From an uncultured Pelagibacteraceae bacterium (lineage in GTDB: Bacteria; Pseudomonadota; Alphaproteobacteria; Pelagibacterales; Pelagibacteraceae), in the NCBI GenBank assembly GCA_902550805.1, contig CACDAL010000003.1:8929-72928 (forward strand): a stretch of DNA of 64,000 nucleotides, read 5' to 3'. Shown in pieces: positions 1-9,691 of the stretch. The position numbers and the translations under genes were made by a program. The notes beneath the pieces are model-generated. The model was not told the DNA's origin. It worked only from the letters and a program-made list of their open reading frames with translations, and ran no database searches. How positions within the stretch are numbered: the stretch's first letter is position 1; each line of letters begins with the position of its first letter.

Positions 1-2
1 TC

Positions 3-821
3 ATTCCAGATTATGACGGTATGGTAGTCAGATCCGCAACAAAAGTAACTAAAAATATAATGGAAGCTGCAAAAAATTTAAAAGTCATTGGAAGAGCTGG
101 AGCCGGAGTTGATAATATAGATGTTCCAACAGCTAAAGAAAAAAATATGATTGTTATGAATACACCAGGAGGAAATGCTAATGCTACTGCTGAACATGCT
201 TTTGCATTAATAATGTCAGTACTAAGAAAAACTCCGTACGCAAATGAAACAACTCACAAAGGCCAATGGGAAAAGAAAAATATTAAAGGAACAGAGTTAT
301 CAAAAAAAACTTTAGGTATAGTTGGTTTTGGAAATGTTGGGGTTAGACTAAGTAATCTTGTTAAAGGTTTTGATATGAAAATTTTAGTAAATTCTAAATC
401 TTTAGAATCTAGAAAAAGCGAATATCCTCATGTAGAAAATGCAAGCTTCGATGATTTAATTAGTAAGTGTGACATTGTGAGTTTCCATTGTAAAACAGCA
501 GCAGATGGAAAACCAATGCTTACGAAAGATCATTTTAAAAAAATGAAACCTACTTCTTACATAATAAATGCAGCAAGAGGAAATATTGTTGATGAGAACG
601 ATTTAAATGATGCGTTAAATGAAGGTCTTATAGCTGGAGCTGCAGTAGATGTTTTTTCAAAAGAACCAGCAAAAGAAAATATTTTGTTTAATAATCCTAA
701 AGCAGTTCTGACACCACACATAGCCGCATCAACAACCGAAGCTTCAATAGTAGTTGCTGAAATGGTAGCTAATCAAATTTCTGATTTTTTATTAAACGGG
801 GTAAAAAAGAATACTGTTTAA
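3..821 (+). CDS. serA: D-3-phosphoglycerate dehydrogenase-like (short type, no ACT domain); 5' end lies before the window
   Basis: Frame is open from the window edge (IPDYDGMVVRSATK). Motifs GRAGAGVDNID, GIVGFGNVG, INAARG, DVF.KEP, TPHIAAST. Confidence 0.8.
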   Translation: MPDYDGMVVRSATKVTKNIMEAAKNLKVIGRAGAGVDNIDVPTAKEKNMIVMNTPGGNANATAEHAFALIMSVLRKTPYANETTHKGQWEKKNIKGTELSKKTLGIVGFGNVGVRLSNLVKGFDMKILVNSKSLESRKSEYPHVENASFDDLISKCDIVSFHCKTAADGKPMLTKDHFKKMKPTSYIINAARGNIVDENDLNDALNEGLIAGAAVDVFSKEPAKENILFNNPKAVLTPHIAASTTEASIVVAEMVANQISDFLLNGVKKNTV

Positions 822-822
822 G

Positions 823-1800
823 TTACAGTAAAAAATTTATATATCCTATAATTTGATCTGTGGAATTCCTTACTGGACCTTTTTTAAATTTTTGAATTTT
901 TTCTTCATCAATAATCTTTAATTCAGATATTAAACCAGCTATTGCAATTTCTGCTGCTCTAGATGCTCCATCATCAATTTTAACAACTAATGCAGATTTT
1001 TGCTCAGGTATTATTGCAACAAAAACTCCTTCTGCTCCATTTTTAAAAAAAATTTTTCCTTCTGAAAGCTTAGTTAAAGCACAATTAACGCTATTAGTTC
1101 CTCCAGTTATTTCTGGAAATTTTATACAAGATTCAAAAATTCTTTTTGCTATAACAGAATTTTCATTAAGCTTGTTGTAATCAGCAATTTGAGCCATTGC
1201 ATATGCAAATTTTTTTAAAGGGATCAATGGATTAGGTAAAGTACAACCATCTATACCAATATTTTTTATTTTATGATCAGATAAATTTTCAATTAAATTA
1301 ATCAATCCTTTCTGTATGGGGTGATTGTTTTGATTATAATCTTTAATAGACAAATCTTTATACTTACTTACTGCCAAGTGGGCACAATGTTTTCCTGAAC
1401 AATTATGAAAAATTCGTCTTTTTTTTTTAGAATTTATTTTTGCTTCAAATTTATCCTCTAAATTCCATGGCCAATCAAGTCCACAACAAAGATTGTCTTC
1501 ATTTAAATTTATTTTTTCAAGCCAATCTATAATCATTTTTTGATGAAAAGACTCTGAATGATGCGAAGCGGTAGTTAATGCTATATATTCATCAGATATA
1601 TCTAAACCTTCTGCAACACCATCTTTGTAAAGATTTAATGATTGAATAGGTTTTAATGCTGATCTTGGATATATTAATTTTTCTGAGTTTCCCCATTCTT
1701 TTAAAATTTCTCCTGAAGAATTAATTAATATTGCAACTCCTTGATGAAAACTTTCAACTTCACCACTTCTTGTGACTTCAACCATTTTTACTGATTCCAT
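823..1800 (-). CDS. L-asparaginase II (Rhizobium etli-type) family protein
   Basis: Motifs RSALKPIQ, ASH, NCSGKH, DGC.LP, KNGAEG, DDGASRA. Confidence 0.85.
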   Translation of the reverse strand: MESVKMVEVTRSGEVESFHQGVAILINSSGEILKEWGNSEKLIYPRSALKPIQSLNLYKDGVAEGLDISDEYIALTTASHHSESFHQKMIIDWLEKINLNEDNLCCGLDWPWNLEDKFEAKINSKKKRRIFHNCSGKHCAHLAVSKYKDLSIKDYNQNNHPIQKGLINLIENLSDHKIKNIGIDGCTLPNPLIPLKKFAYAMAQIADYNKLNENSVIAKRIFESCIKFPEITGGTNSVNCALTKLSEGKIFFKNGAEGVFVAIIPEQKSALVVKIDDGASRAAEIAIAGLISELKIIDEEKIQKFKKGPVRNSTDQIIGYINFLL

Positions 1801-1804
1801 ATAT

Positions 1805-2884
1805 CTACTTATTAAATAATTTTTTTAAGCCTTCTGAGGATGCTTCGCAAATTCCTTTTTCGGTGATCAGTCCAGTTACATATTTTGCAGGTGTTACATC
1901 AAAAGCTAAATTCATTCCTTTGCTTTTTTTTGGATAAATTAATATTTTTTTTACATTGCCATCTTCATCAACACCTTCAATATGAGATAGTTCTTCTAAA
2001 TTTCTTTCTTCAATAGGTATTTCTTTATAATCTTTAATATCCCAATCAATAGTTGAACTTGGCAAAGCAACATAAAAAGGAACATTATTATCTTTGGCGG
2101 CTAAAGCTTTTAAATAAGTGCCAATTTTATTACAAACATCTCCAGTTGATAAAGTTCGGTCTGTTCCAACAATACACATATCAACCTCTCCTCTTTGCAT
2201 TAATATACCTCCAGTATTATCAGCTATTATTGTATTGGGAATTTCTTCTTCATTTAATTCATAAGAAGTTAGATTAGCACCTTGATTTCTTGGTCTTGTC
2301 TCATCTACCCACACATGAACTGGAATTCCTTTTTTATGAGCATGATAAATTGGTGATGTTGCTGTACCCCAATTAATTGTCGCAAGCCAACCAGCATTGC
2401 AATGTGTTAATATGTTGACTGTGTCTTTTTTTTTATTATAAATTTCTTCGATAATTTTAAGTCCATTAAGTCCAATATTTTCAGAGAATTTAACATCTTC
2501 ATCGCAAATTTCTTTGGCTTCTTTTAAAGCAACATTAAATAGTTCATTACTGTTAATCATTGATAGTTTGTTATTCATTCTATGAACTGCCCATTGAAGA
2601 TTTATTGCTGTAGGCCTAGATTGAATTAATTCTTCTGAGCTTTTTTTTATAAATTCAAGATCATTATTTTCTAAAATTGCTAAAACCATACCATAAGCAG
2701 CTGTTCCACCTATAAGTGGAGCCCCTCTAACCTCCATAGTTTTAATAGCATTAATTGCATCTTTAACTGTTTTCAAATCTTTGATTACAAATTGATGAGG
2801 AAGTTTTGTTTGGTCTATAATCTTAACAACTTTATTTTCTTCATCAAACCAAATTGTAAGATATTCTTTTCCTTCTATTTTCAT
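1805..2884 (-). CDS. mtnA: S-methyl-5-thioribose-1-phosphate isomerase
   Basis: IDQTKLP, VRGAPLIG, RPTAINL, THCNAGWLA, DETRPRNQG, NKIGTY, AFDVTP. Confidence 0.95.
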   Translation of the reverse strand: MKIEGKEYLTIWFDEENKVVKIIDQTKLPHQFVIKDLKTVKDAINAIKTMEVRGAPLIGGTAAYGMVLAILENNDLEFIKKSSEELIQSRPTAINLQWAVHRMNNKLSMINSNELFNVALKEAKEICDEDVKFSENIGLNGLKIIEEIYNKKKDTVNILTHCNAGWLATINWGTATSPIYHAHKKGIPVHVWVDETRPRNQGANLTSYELNEEEIPNTIIADNTGGILMQRGEVDMCIVGTDRTLSTGDVCNKIGTYLKALAAKDNNVPFYVALPSSTIDWDIKDYKEIPIEERNLEELSHIEGVDEDGNVKKILIYPKKSKGMNLAFDVTPAKYVTGLITEKGICEASSEGLKKLFNK

Positions 2885-3679
2885 TTAATTATTCCAGACA
2901 ACGGGAAACCAATCTTTTCTCATTTTATCTCCAATTTTTAAATCTATACCTTTAAATGGAGGTGATGTTTCACCGCCACGATCAATATATTTTACATCAT
3001 CTCCTATAAAACGCATAGAAAAAGCTCTTCTAGGTATATTTTCAGTATTGCCTGGAGAAGAATGTAGCACTTTAAAGTTAAAAAGTATTGCATCTCCCAA
3101 ATTCATTTCAGATTTTAATATATTTTTTTCAAATATTGTAACTTCTGACATATCCATAAAATTATTATCATTATTGTACCAAGGTTGATTATTAGACCAT
3201 TTGGTGGGCCTGATTAATTTTGGAAGTTTATGAGATCCTAATAATATTTGTAAAGAATTTTCTCTAGTTATTGGATCAAGCGGTATCCAAAAACTTCCTG
3301 TGTCATTTCCATCTAAACAATAATATGGCATATCTTGATGCCATGGAGTTTCTTTTGCTGTTCCAGGATCTTTAATGAATATATGTTCATGAAATAATTG
3401 AATAGATTTAGAATCTGTTGCTTCAGCAACTATCTGTGCTGCAGGAGATTCTTCTGCAAAATTTTTGAACTCAGGTATCCTTTGCCAATTACAATAATCT
3501 TCAAAAAATCTCCCTTCTTCATTTTTTACATTTTCTCTTGCATGAGTTCCTGGTTCTTTTAATACCTTTTCAAAACCTATTCTGAGTAAATCAATCCATG
3601 AGTTAAATACATTTTTGATAACTATAGCTCCTTGATTTTTGTAAAAATCAATTTCTTCTTTTGATAGATATTTTTTCAC
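2885..3679 (-). CDS. Phytanoyl-CoA dioxygenase (PhyH) family Fe(II)/2OG oxygenase
   Basis: TPWHQD, WIPLD, GSH, GDAILF...LH, RRAFS.R. GTG start overlaps the mtnP stop. Confidence 0.85.
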   Translation of the reverse strand: MKKYLSKEEIDFYKNQGAIVIKNVFNSWIDLLRIGFEKVLKEPGTHARENVKNEEGRFFEDYCNWQRIPEFKNFAEESPAAQIVAEATDSKSIQLFHEHIFIKDPGTAKETPWHQDMPYYCLDGNDTGSFWIPLDPITRENSLQILLGSHKLPKLIRPTKWSNNQPWYNNDNNFMDMSEVTIFEKNILKSEMNLGDAILFNFKVLHSSPGNTENIPRRAFSMRFIGDDVKYIDRGGETSPPFKGIDLKIGDKMRKDWFPVVWNN

Positions 3680-4548
3680 TTATTTAAAACTCTACCTGCT
3701 ACTGTGTTAAGTTTTTCTATTGTTTTTGCTGATCTTTTTTCCGGTGCAGTAATAATTGCAACATCTAAACAATTATTTGTAGGATCTTTAGGATCGATAT
3801 TTTTTTCAAAATTATCTATTAAATTTTTAATCATACTTTTTGCTTTTGCCGCATTATCTAAAAGAACTTTAATCACTTGTTGAACATCAACATTTTCATG
3901 ATCAGGATGCCAACAATCATAATCTGTTACCATTGAAACAGAAGCATATCTAATTTCTGCTTCTCTAGCCAATTTAGCTTCAGGCATGTTAGTCATACCA
4001 ATAACATCTGCTTTCCATGATCTATATAAATTAGATTCTGCTAAGGTAGAAAATTGTGGACCCTCCATAACAACATAAGTCCCTCCTCTTTGATACGGTA
4101 TGTTTTCTTTTTTTATAGATTCTTCGCATGCATTCATTAGTCCTTTGGATGTTGGATGTGCCATAGAAACATGAGCAACTATATCTTCATCAAAAAAAGT
4201 TTTATTTCTTGCAAATGTTCTGTCTATAAATTGGTCTATTAAAACAAACTTACCTGGAAACAAATCTTCTTTCAAAGATCCTACGGCTGAGACTGAAACA
4301 ATGTCGGTTACTCCAAGTTGTTTTAAAGAATCAATATTGGCTCTAAAGTTTATGTTAGATGGAGAAATAAAGTGTCCCCTTCCATGTCTTGGTAAAAAAT
4401 AAACTTCTTTACCATTATATTTAGTTTTTAATATCTGATCTGATGGTTTTCCCCAGGGAGTATTTAGTTCTAGTAACTCTCTATCTTTAAATTCCTCAAC
4501 ATCATATAAACCACTACCACCTATTATTGCCAATTTATTATTTGCCAT
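3676..4548 (-). CDS. mtnP: S-methyl-5'-thioadenosine phosphorylase
   Basis: IIGGSGLY, PRHGRGH, SAVGSL, EGPQFSTLAES, GMTNMPEAKLAREAE, VTDYDCW. Confidence 0.95.
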   Translation of the reverse strand: MANNKLAIIGGSGLYDVEEFKDRELLELNTPWGKPSDQILKTKYNGKEVYFLPRHGRGHFISPSNINFRANIDSLKQLGVTDIVSVSAVGSLKEDLFPGKFVLIDQFIDRTFARNKTFFDEDIVAHVSMAHPTSKGLMNACEESIKKENIPYQRGGTYVVMEGPQFSTLAESNLYRSWKADVIGMTNMPEAKLAREAEIRYASVSMVTDYDCWHPDHENVDVQQVIKVLLDNAAKAKSMIKNLIDNFEKNIDPKDPTNNCLDVAIITAPEKRSAKTIEKLNTVAGRVLNK

Positions 4549-4590
4549 AACTGAAAAATAATTTATTTATTGATATAATTCAAAAGAATT

Positions 4591-5118
4591 ATGGACTTAA
4601 AAGAACACATCAGATCGATACAAGACTATCCTAAAAAAGGAGTACTTTTTAGAGACATTACAACTCTAATTAAAAATGAAAAAGCTTTTTCAGAGTGTAT
4701 TAATCAAATAGTGGAAAGATCTAAAAAATTTCAATTTAATAAATTGGCAGCAATAGAATCTAGAGGTTTTGTATTCGCTTCTGCTGTTTCTTATATTTTA
4801 AAAAAACCTTTTATTCTTTTAAGAAAAAAAAATAAATTACCAGGTGATGTGCATTCAATTGACTTTGAGTTAGAATATGGAACCGCAACAATGGAAGTAC
4901 ATAAAGATGCAATTAATCAAGATGACTCTGTTTTATTGATTGACGATTTAATTGCTACCGGTGGTACAGCTGAAGCTGCAGCGAAATTAATTGAAATTTC
5001 TAAGGGTAAAGTTGCTGGTTATGTTTTTGTAATAAATCTATTCGATTTAGGTGGTTGTGATAATCTTCTAAAAAAAGGTTATGAAGTTGAAAACTTAATC
5101 GAATTTCCAGGACACTAA
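4591..5118 (+). CDS. apt: Adenine phosphoribosyltransferase
   Basis: FRDITTL, ESRGF, RKKNKLP, LEYG, PRPP motif IDDLIATGGT. Confidence 0.95.
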   Translation: MDLKEHIRSIQDYPKKGVLFRDITTLIKNEKAFSECINQIVERSKKFQFNKLAAIESRGFVFASAVSYILKKPFILLRKKNKLPGDVHSIDFELEYGTATMEVHKDAINQDDSVLLIDDLIATGGTAEAAAKLIEISKGKVAGYVFVINLFDLGGCDNLLKKGYEVENLIEFPGH

Positions 5119-5121
5119 ATA

Positions 5122-5637
5122 CTAATCAAATTTAAAATCTTTTATATTAGTTGTTTCGTATTTTTCAAAAGGCATATGTATCCAAGGAGAATCTTCTAAA
5201 TAATCTACTGCATAGTCTGGTTTAAATTTTGAAGTAGATTTGTGCCAAATTACTGCAGTTTTAATTTTTTCTTCTAGATAAAAACCATAAAAATGTTCTA
5301 GCCATTTAATACTTTTTATTAATGTTTTTCCTGAGTCAGCTAGATCATCTACTAGCAAAATATGAGATCCTAGATTTGGAGTGGTTTTTGCCAAGTCTCT
5401 GGAAAATGTAAATTGACCTTGTTGATTTTTTACATCATCGCTATTTCCATGATATGACTCAACAGAAAGAATTGCTAGAGGAACATTAAACAGTCGGCTA
5501 AAAACATCTCCAACTCTTAAACCTCCTTTAGCTATGCAGATAACTTGATTAAATTTCCAATTATCATCATGCACTTTTTTAGCAAGTTGCTCAATTTTTT
5601 TATGATAATCATCCCAGGTTATATAAATATCTTTCAT
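5122..5637 (-). CDS. Purine phosphoribosyltransferase (xanthine/guanine/hypoxanthine PRT-like)
   Basis: ITWDD, IAKGGL, PRPP motif LVDDLADSGKT, KPDY, WIHMPFE. Confidence 0.8.
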   Translation of the reverse strand: MKDIYITWDDYHKKIEQLAKKVHDDNWKFNQVICIAKGGLRVGDVFSRLFNVPLAILSVESYHGNSDDVKNQQGQFTFSRDLAKTTPNLGSHILLVDDLADSGKTLIKSIKWLEHFYGFYLEEKIKTAVIWHKSTSKFKPDYAVDYLEDSPWIHMPFEKYETTNIKDFKFD

Positions 5638-5644
5638 AATTTTT

Positions 5645-5721
5645 TGGTAGCGGGAAGTGGAATTGAACCACTGACCTCGGGCTTATGAGTCCCGCGCTCT
5701 AACCAACTGAGCTACCCCGCC
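5645..5721 (-). tRNA. tRNA-Met (CAT), probably elongator
   Basis: Reverse complement GGCGGGGTAGCTCAGTTGGTTAGAGCGCGGGACTCATAAGCCCGAGGTCAGTGGTTCAATTCCACTTCCCGCTACCA: 77 nt cloverleaf, anticodon CAT, encoded CCA, G2:C71/C3:G70, no C1xA72 initiator mismatch. Confidence 0.95.
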
Positions 5722-5842
5722 ATTAAATTCGTATTGATATATAATAGTATTTGTTAGTAATTCAATCAACTTTTTACATTGTTATATCTCTTACACTTAT
5801 TAAACTCAGGTTTATAAAAATCTATAATAAGGGGAATAAAAT

Positions 5843-6859
5843 ATGATTAAATTAAAATCTTTATATAAAGCTGCTATTAGCTTTTTATTTTTAATCTCAT
5901 TTGTGATCTCTTCTACAGCTTCTTATGCAGAAATAGTTGGTCGTCTTTCGGTTCATTGGAGTCCTAAACACCATAGTGCTAAACATGCGCAAATTTTTGC
6001 TGATGAAGTAAATAAAAGAGCAAATGGAAAATTAAAAATAGAAGTTTATCCATCTAAACAATTATTTGGAATAAGAGAAGTAATGGGGGCTGTAACTTCA
6101 GGCGCAGTTGAGCTTGGCGGAATAGTTGGAGTGGTTAGTTTTCCTTCAATAAATAAAAACTTTAACGTTGCATCATTTCCAGGTCTTTTCAATTCTTGGG
6201 AACAACAAAGAGGATTCTTTCAAAACTCTTCTACTGGTAAAGTAATTTGGGGAGATTTGACTAAAAAAACTAACTCTACTTTAATTATGTACAATCCAGT
6301 TGGGCCTGTAATGACTCTTTCTAGTGCACGTGAATTAACTGGTATTGATGCTATGAAAGGTTTGAAAGCTAGAAGATTACTTAAGAGTGAAGAACCTATG
6401 TGGGATGCTCTTGGAGCAAATCGTGTCTCTTTAAAAACGGGAGAGGTATATAACGCTTTACAGTCTGACATGATTGATACAATAAATAGTCCTCCAGGAA
6501 GTATTAAAGCATATAGCTGGTGGGAATTCTTAAAATACGCTCAAAAGCCATATCAATATTATGCTGATGCATATATTATGGCAAATTCTACTTGGTTTAA
6601 TGGTTTACCGGCAGACTTACAAAAAATAATTATGGATGTAGGTAAAGAAGTAGGAACTCTTTCAACAGATAGAATTATGGATCATGGTGAAACAGTTCTT
6701 AAAGAATTCCAAGATAGAGGTGGTGTAGTAACTACTCTTTCAGGAGCTGAGAAAGCAAAATTTGATAAGCTTATGAAAGAAAAAGTTATGCCTGCTATGG
6801 CAAAAATGATCGACTCTGATGCTTTACTTGCGGCACAAGAGTACGCAAAGAATAATTAG
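5843..6859 (+). CDS. TRAP transporter substrate-binding protein DctP
   Basis: Signal peptide, IEVYPSKQL, GLKAR, EVYNALQ..MID; SD AAGGGG upstream; followed by DctQ and DctM. Confidence 0.9.
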   Translation: MIKLKSLYKAAISFLFLISFVISSTASYAEIVGRLSVHWSPKHHSAKHAQIFADEVNKRANGKLKIEVYPSKQLFGIREVMGAVTSGAVELGGIVGVVSFPSINKNFNVASFPGLFNSWEQQRGFFQNSSTGKVIWGDLTKKTNSTLIMYNPVGPVMTLSSARELTGIDAMKGLKARRLLKSEEPMWDALGANRVSLKTGEVYNALQSDMIDTINSPPGSIKAYSWWEFLKYAQKPYQYYADAYIMANSTWFNGLPADLQKIIMDVGKEVGTLSTDRIMDHGETVLKEFQDRGGVVTTLSGAEKAKFDKLMKEKVMPAMAKMIDSDALLAAQEYAKNN

Positions 6860-6883
6860 AATAAGTTATTTACTTAATCTAAA

Positions 6884-7375
6884 ATGAAAGCATTGCGAGC
6901 AGTTAATAATTTACTTGCTTCGGCAACTTTAGCTCTCGCAATGTTTATAATTTTTATAATGGTTGCCGCTTTATTTTTAAGCGCAAGCACAAGATTCATA
7001 ACAGGCACGGGATTTGCTTGGTTTATAGAACTACCACCTGTTTTAGTTAGTTGGTTAGTTTTTCCATTACTTGGACCTTTGTTAAAAAAAGGTCAGCACA
7101 TAAAAGTAGATTTTTTAACTCCTTTGATATCTGTAAAAGTTAAAAAAATTTTATTTCTTATTGTTAATTTAGTTGCTTTTATTTCAGCTTGTATTTTTTT
7201 TAAAGCAGGACTGGATGCAACATTAATGTATTATAATTTAGGACAAGTAATGGAAATAGAAATTAGTATTCCAATATGGTGGATGTTCTTAGCTTTTCCA
7301 GTTGGTTTCTTAATTTTGGCTTTGGCATCTTTAGAATTAATGTTTGATAATATTTCAGACTTATTTAATCGCTAG
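6884..7375 (+). CDS. TRAP small permease DctQ
   Basis: About 4 TM segments, W..EL, GQHIKVDF. Confidence 0.88.
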   Translation: MKALRAVNNLLASATLALAMFIIFIMVAALFLSASTRFITGTGFAWFIELPPVLVSWLVFPLLGPLLKKGQHIKVDFLTPLISVKVKKILFLIVNLVAFISACIFFKAGLDATLMYYNLGQVMEIEISIPIWWMFLAFPVGFLILALASLELMFDNISDLFNR

Positions 7376-7384
7376 TTCGACCAA

Positions 7385-8650
7385 ATGTTTACAATTGCAT
7401 TTATATTATCTTTAATAACTTTAATTATTTCTCTTCCTATATTCTTAGTTTTTGGTTTGGGAAGTTCTATAGCAGCCATTGGTGGACTTAATCTTCCTTG
7501 GTCAGTTTTAATTCAAGTATCTTTTGGAGCTTTAACTAAACATGTTCTTATAGCTGTCCCTTTGTTTATTTTTAGTGGAATGGCTATGTTAAAAGGTGGT
7601 GCTGCATTAAGACTAGTAAGATTTGCAACAACATTAGTTGGCCACTGGCCAGGCGGTTTAGGAGTTGCAATGGTTATTGCAATGGGTTTCTTTGCAGCTT
7701 TTTGTGGATCAATACTTGCTGCAATTACTGCTGTTGGTACCATCATGATGCCTAAAATGATCGAACAAGGTTACCCTACTCCATTTGTTGTTGTGTTAGC
7801 AGCTTCTGCAGCTTTACTTGAAGCATTAATACCTCCTTCAAATGCAGCTATTTTATTTAGTGCACTTACGTATGTTCCTGTTTCTAAAACTTTTGCTGCA
7901 GGTGTAATACCAGGTTTAATTCTTCTTGTTTTTATGGTTTTGTTAGTTCTATTTAAATGTAGACATATTAAAACAGATAAAAAAGCTACACTTAAAGAAA
8001 GAATAAGTTCTTTTATTTCGGCTTTACCAGCTCTAATAACTCCGGTAATAATTTTAGGTGGAATATATGCTGGCTTTTTAACTCCATCTGAGTCAGCTGC
8101 AGTTGCAGGTGTTTACGCTGTGACTATAGGTTTTTTAATTTACAAAGAGCTAACTTTATCATCTTTGATTAGCTGTCTTAAAGAAACTGCCATTATAACA
8201 GCTGTTATCTTCTCTATCATAGCTACAGCAACTTTTTTAAGTGTTGTTCTTACATATACTCAAGCACCTCAAAAAATAATTACTTATTTTACAGATATGG
8301 GAGTGAGTGTGAATTTATTTTGGCTTATGTTAGGAGCAATATGTTTAATTCTAGGAACTTTTATTGAAATTGTACCAGTATTTTATTTAACAGTTCCTAT
8401 TTTTGCAGCGATAACATTATCTTTTAACCAAAGTTTACTTCATCTTTATGTTGTATTTGTTGCTTTTGCTGGAATTGGAATGATCACACCACCAGTTTGT
8501 GTTGGAATTTACACAGCTGCAGGAGTGATAAAAGAAAATCCTGCAAAGGCATTTAGAGAAGTTCCATTGTTTACTATAGTTGGAATTATTTATGGAATAT
8601 TAATGATATTATTCCCAATTTTCTCAACTTGGTTGCCGGGACTTCTTTAA
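7385..8650 (+). CDS. TRAP large permease DctM
   Basis: LIAVPLFI, GHWPGGL, IPPS, TPSESAA, ITPPV. Confidence 0.92.
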   Translation: MFTIAFILSLITLIISLPIFLVFGLGSSIAAIGGLNLPWSVLIQVSFGALTKHVLIAVPLFIFSGMAMLKGGAALRLVRFATTLVGHWPGGLGVAMVIAMGFFAAFCGSILAAITAVGTIMMPKMIEQGYPTPFVVVLAASAALLEALIPPSNAAILFSALTYVPVSKTFAAGVIPGLILLVFMVLLVLFKCRHIKTDKKATLKERISSFISALPALITPVIILGGIYAGFLTPSESAAVAGVYAVTIGFLIYKELTLSSLISCLKETAIITAVIFSIIATATFLSVVLTYTQAPQKIITYFTDMGVSVNLFWLMLGAICLILGTFIEIVPVFYLTVPIFAAITLSFNQSLLHLYVVFVAFAGIGMITPPVCVGIYTAAGVIKENPAKAFREVPLFTIVGIIYGILMILFPIFSTWLPGLL

Positions 8651-8722
8651 AAAATTTCTTCTAAATATTTACAATATATTTACTTCTTGGATAATTATCA
8701 GCAAAACGATATCATAGTTTTT

Positions 8723-8836
8723 TCATTTTTTATTTTTTTTTTCTTTCTTAATTTTTCTTTTTTCTTTTAATGTAAGTTTAGCTTTTTTCATTACGCTAGC
8801 ATCTTTAAATGATTTACCGCTATATCTTTTTGACAT
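8723..8836 (-). CDS. Small basic protein, 37 aa (not in ORF track)
   Basis: Hand translation MSKRYSGKSFKDASVMKKAKLTLKEKRKIKKEKKNKK; ATG at 8836, TGA at 8723-8725. Confidence 0.45.
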   Translation of the reverse strand: MSKRYSGKSFKDASVMKKAKLTLKEKRKIKKEKKNKK

Positions 8837-8899
8837 TTTTAAAGTCTATAATGTTAAATATTTAATTGCAAAAAACATAGTATCTATTGAAGCATAAAT

Positions 8900-9691
8900 T
8901 TATTGAATAGTAATTCTATGCATTATTCTATTACCCTTAAAAGGAGTGGCCTGGTGCAACATAGATCTATTGTCCCAAATAGCTAATTGGTTCTTTTTCC
9001 ATTCTAATGAATATTGAAATTTTCTTTTAACCTGATGATTAAATAAGTATTTTTTTAGCTTCTTTTCTTCTTTTACAAAAGGATAAAAACCTACAAAATG
9101 ACCAGGACTACAGTAAATAGCAAACTTATTATTTATTTTTTTAATTATTTTATGCTTAGATTTTAATTCTTTATTTGTCTTTCCTTTTTCTTTTTCTCTT
9201 TCAATTGTTGTAACTGATATAGGTCCTTTAGATGAATAAATGCCTTTAATACTATTTAATTTTTTTTTAATATTATTTGGAAGATTCTTATAAGCTAAAT
9301 ACTGTGAACAAAATTCAGTATTTGCTTTTCCACTTCTTGGTACAAGTTTAGATAATAGCATTGTAAATCTAGGAGGTCTTTTTGTATAAATTGAATCTGT
9401 ATGAAACTGTTCTCCAAAACTAGGTCCTTTATCTGAAATTTTTCTCTGAACCACGGTTATCTTAGGATATTTTTTACTTAAGCCTTTTAATCTTGGATAA
9501 TTAGCAAGTTTTCCAAAATTTTTTGAAAATTTTAAATACAGATTAGAAGATAAAGTTTGTTTTTTAAAAAATAACATCCCATATTTTTGAAGTGCTAATT
9601 TAATTTTTTCTATATCTTTATTGTTTATTTTTCTTAAGTCGCAAATAATTTCAGCACCAATTTCTTTTCTATTAGGTTTAATTTTAAACAT
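8900..9691 (-). CDS. TauD/TfdA family Fe(II)/2OG dioxygenase
   Basis: IGAEI..DL, FHTD, NTEF.S, WDNRSMLH.A, MHR.T. Confidence 0.9.
   Translation of the reverse strand: MFKIKPNRKEIGAEIICDLRKINNKDIEKIKLALQKYGMLFFKKQTLSSNLYLKFSKNFGKLANYPRLKGLSKKYPKITVVQRKISDKGPSFGEQFHTDSIYTKRPPRFTMLLSKLVPRSGKANTEFCSQYLAYKNLPNNIKKKLNSIKGIYSSKGPISVTTIEREKEKGKTNKELKSKHKIIKKINNKFAIYCSPGHFVGFYPFVKEEKKLKKYLFNHQVKRKFQYSLEWKKNQLAIWDNRSMLHQATPFKGNRIMHRITIQ

Noticed and set aside
4549-4590. SAM-V/SAM-II riboswitch upstream of mtnP
   Set aside because: The gap is only 42 bp of AT-rich divergent promoter with no recognisable aptamer.
5645-5721. Initiator tRNA-fMet, or tRNA as an integration site
   Set aside because: No C1xA72 mismatch and no G29-31:C39-41 run. 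I saw no duplicated tRNA 3' end or integrase, and the accessory block lies on the tRNA's 5' side.
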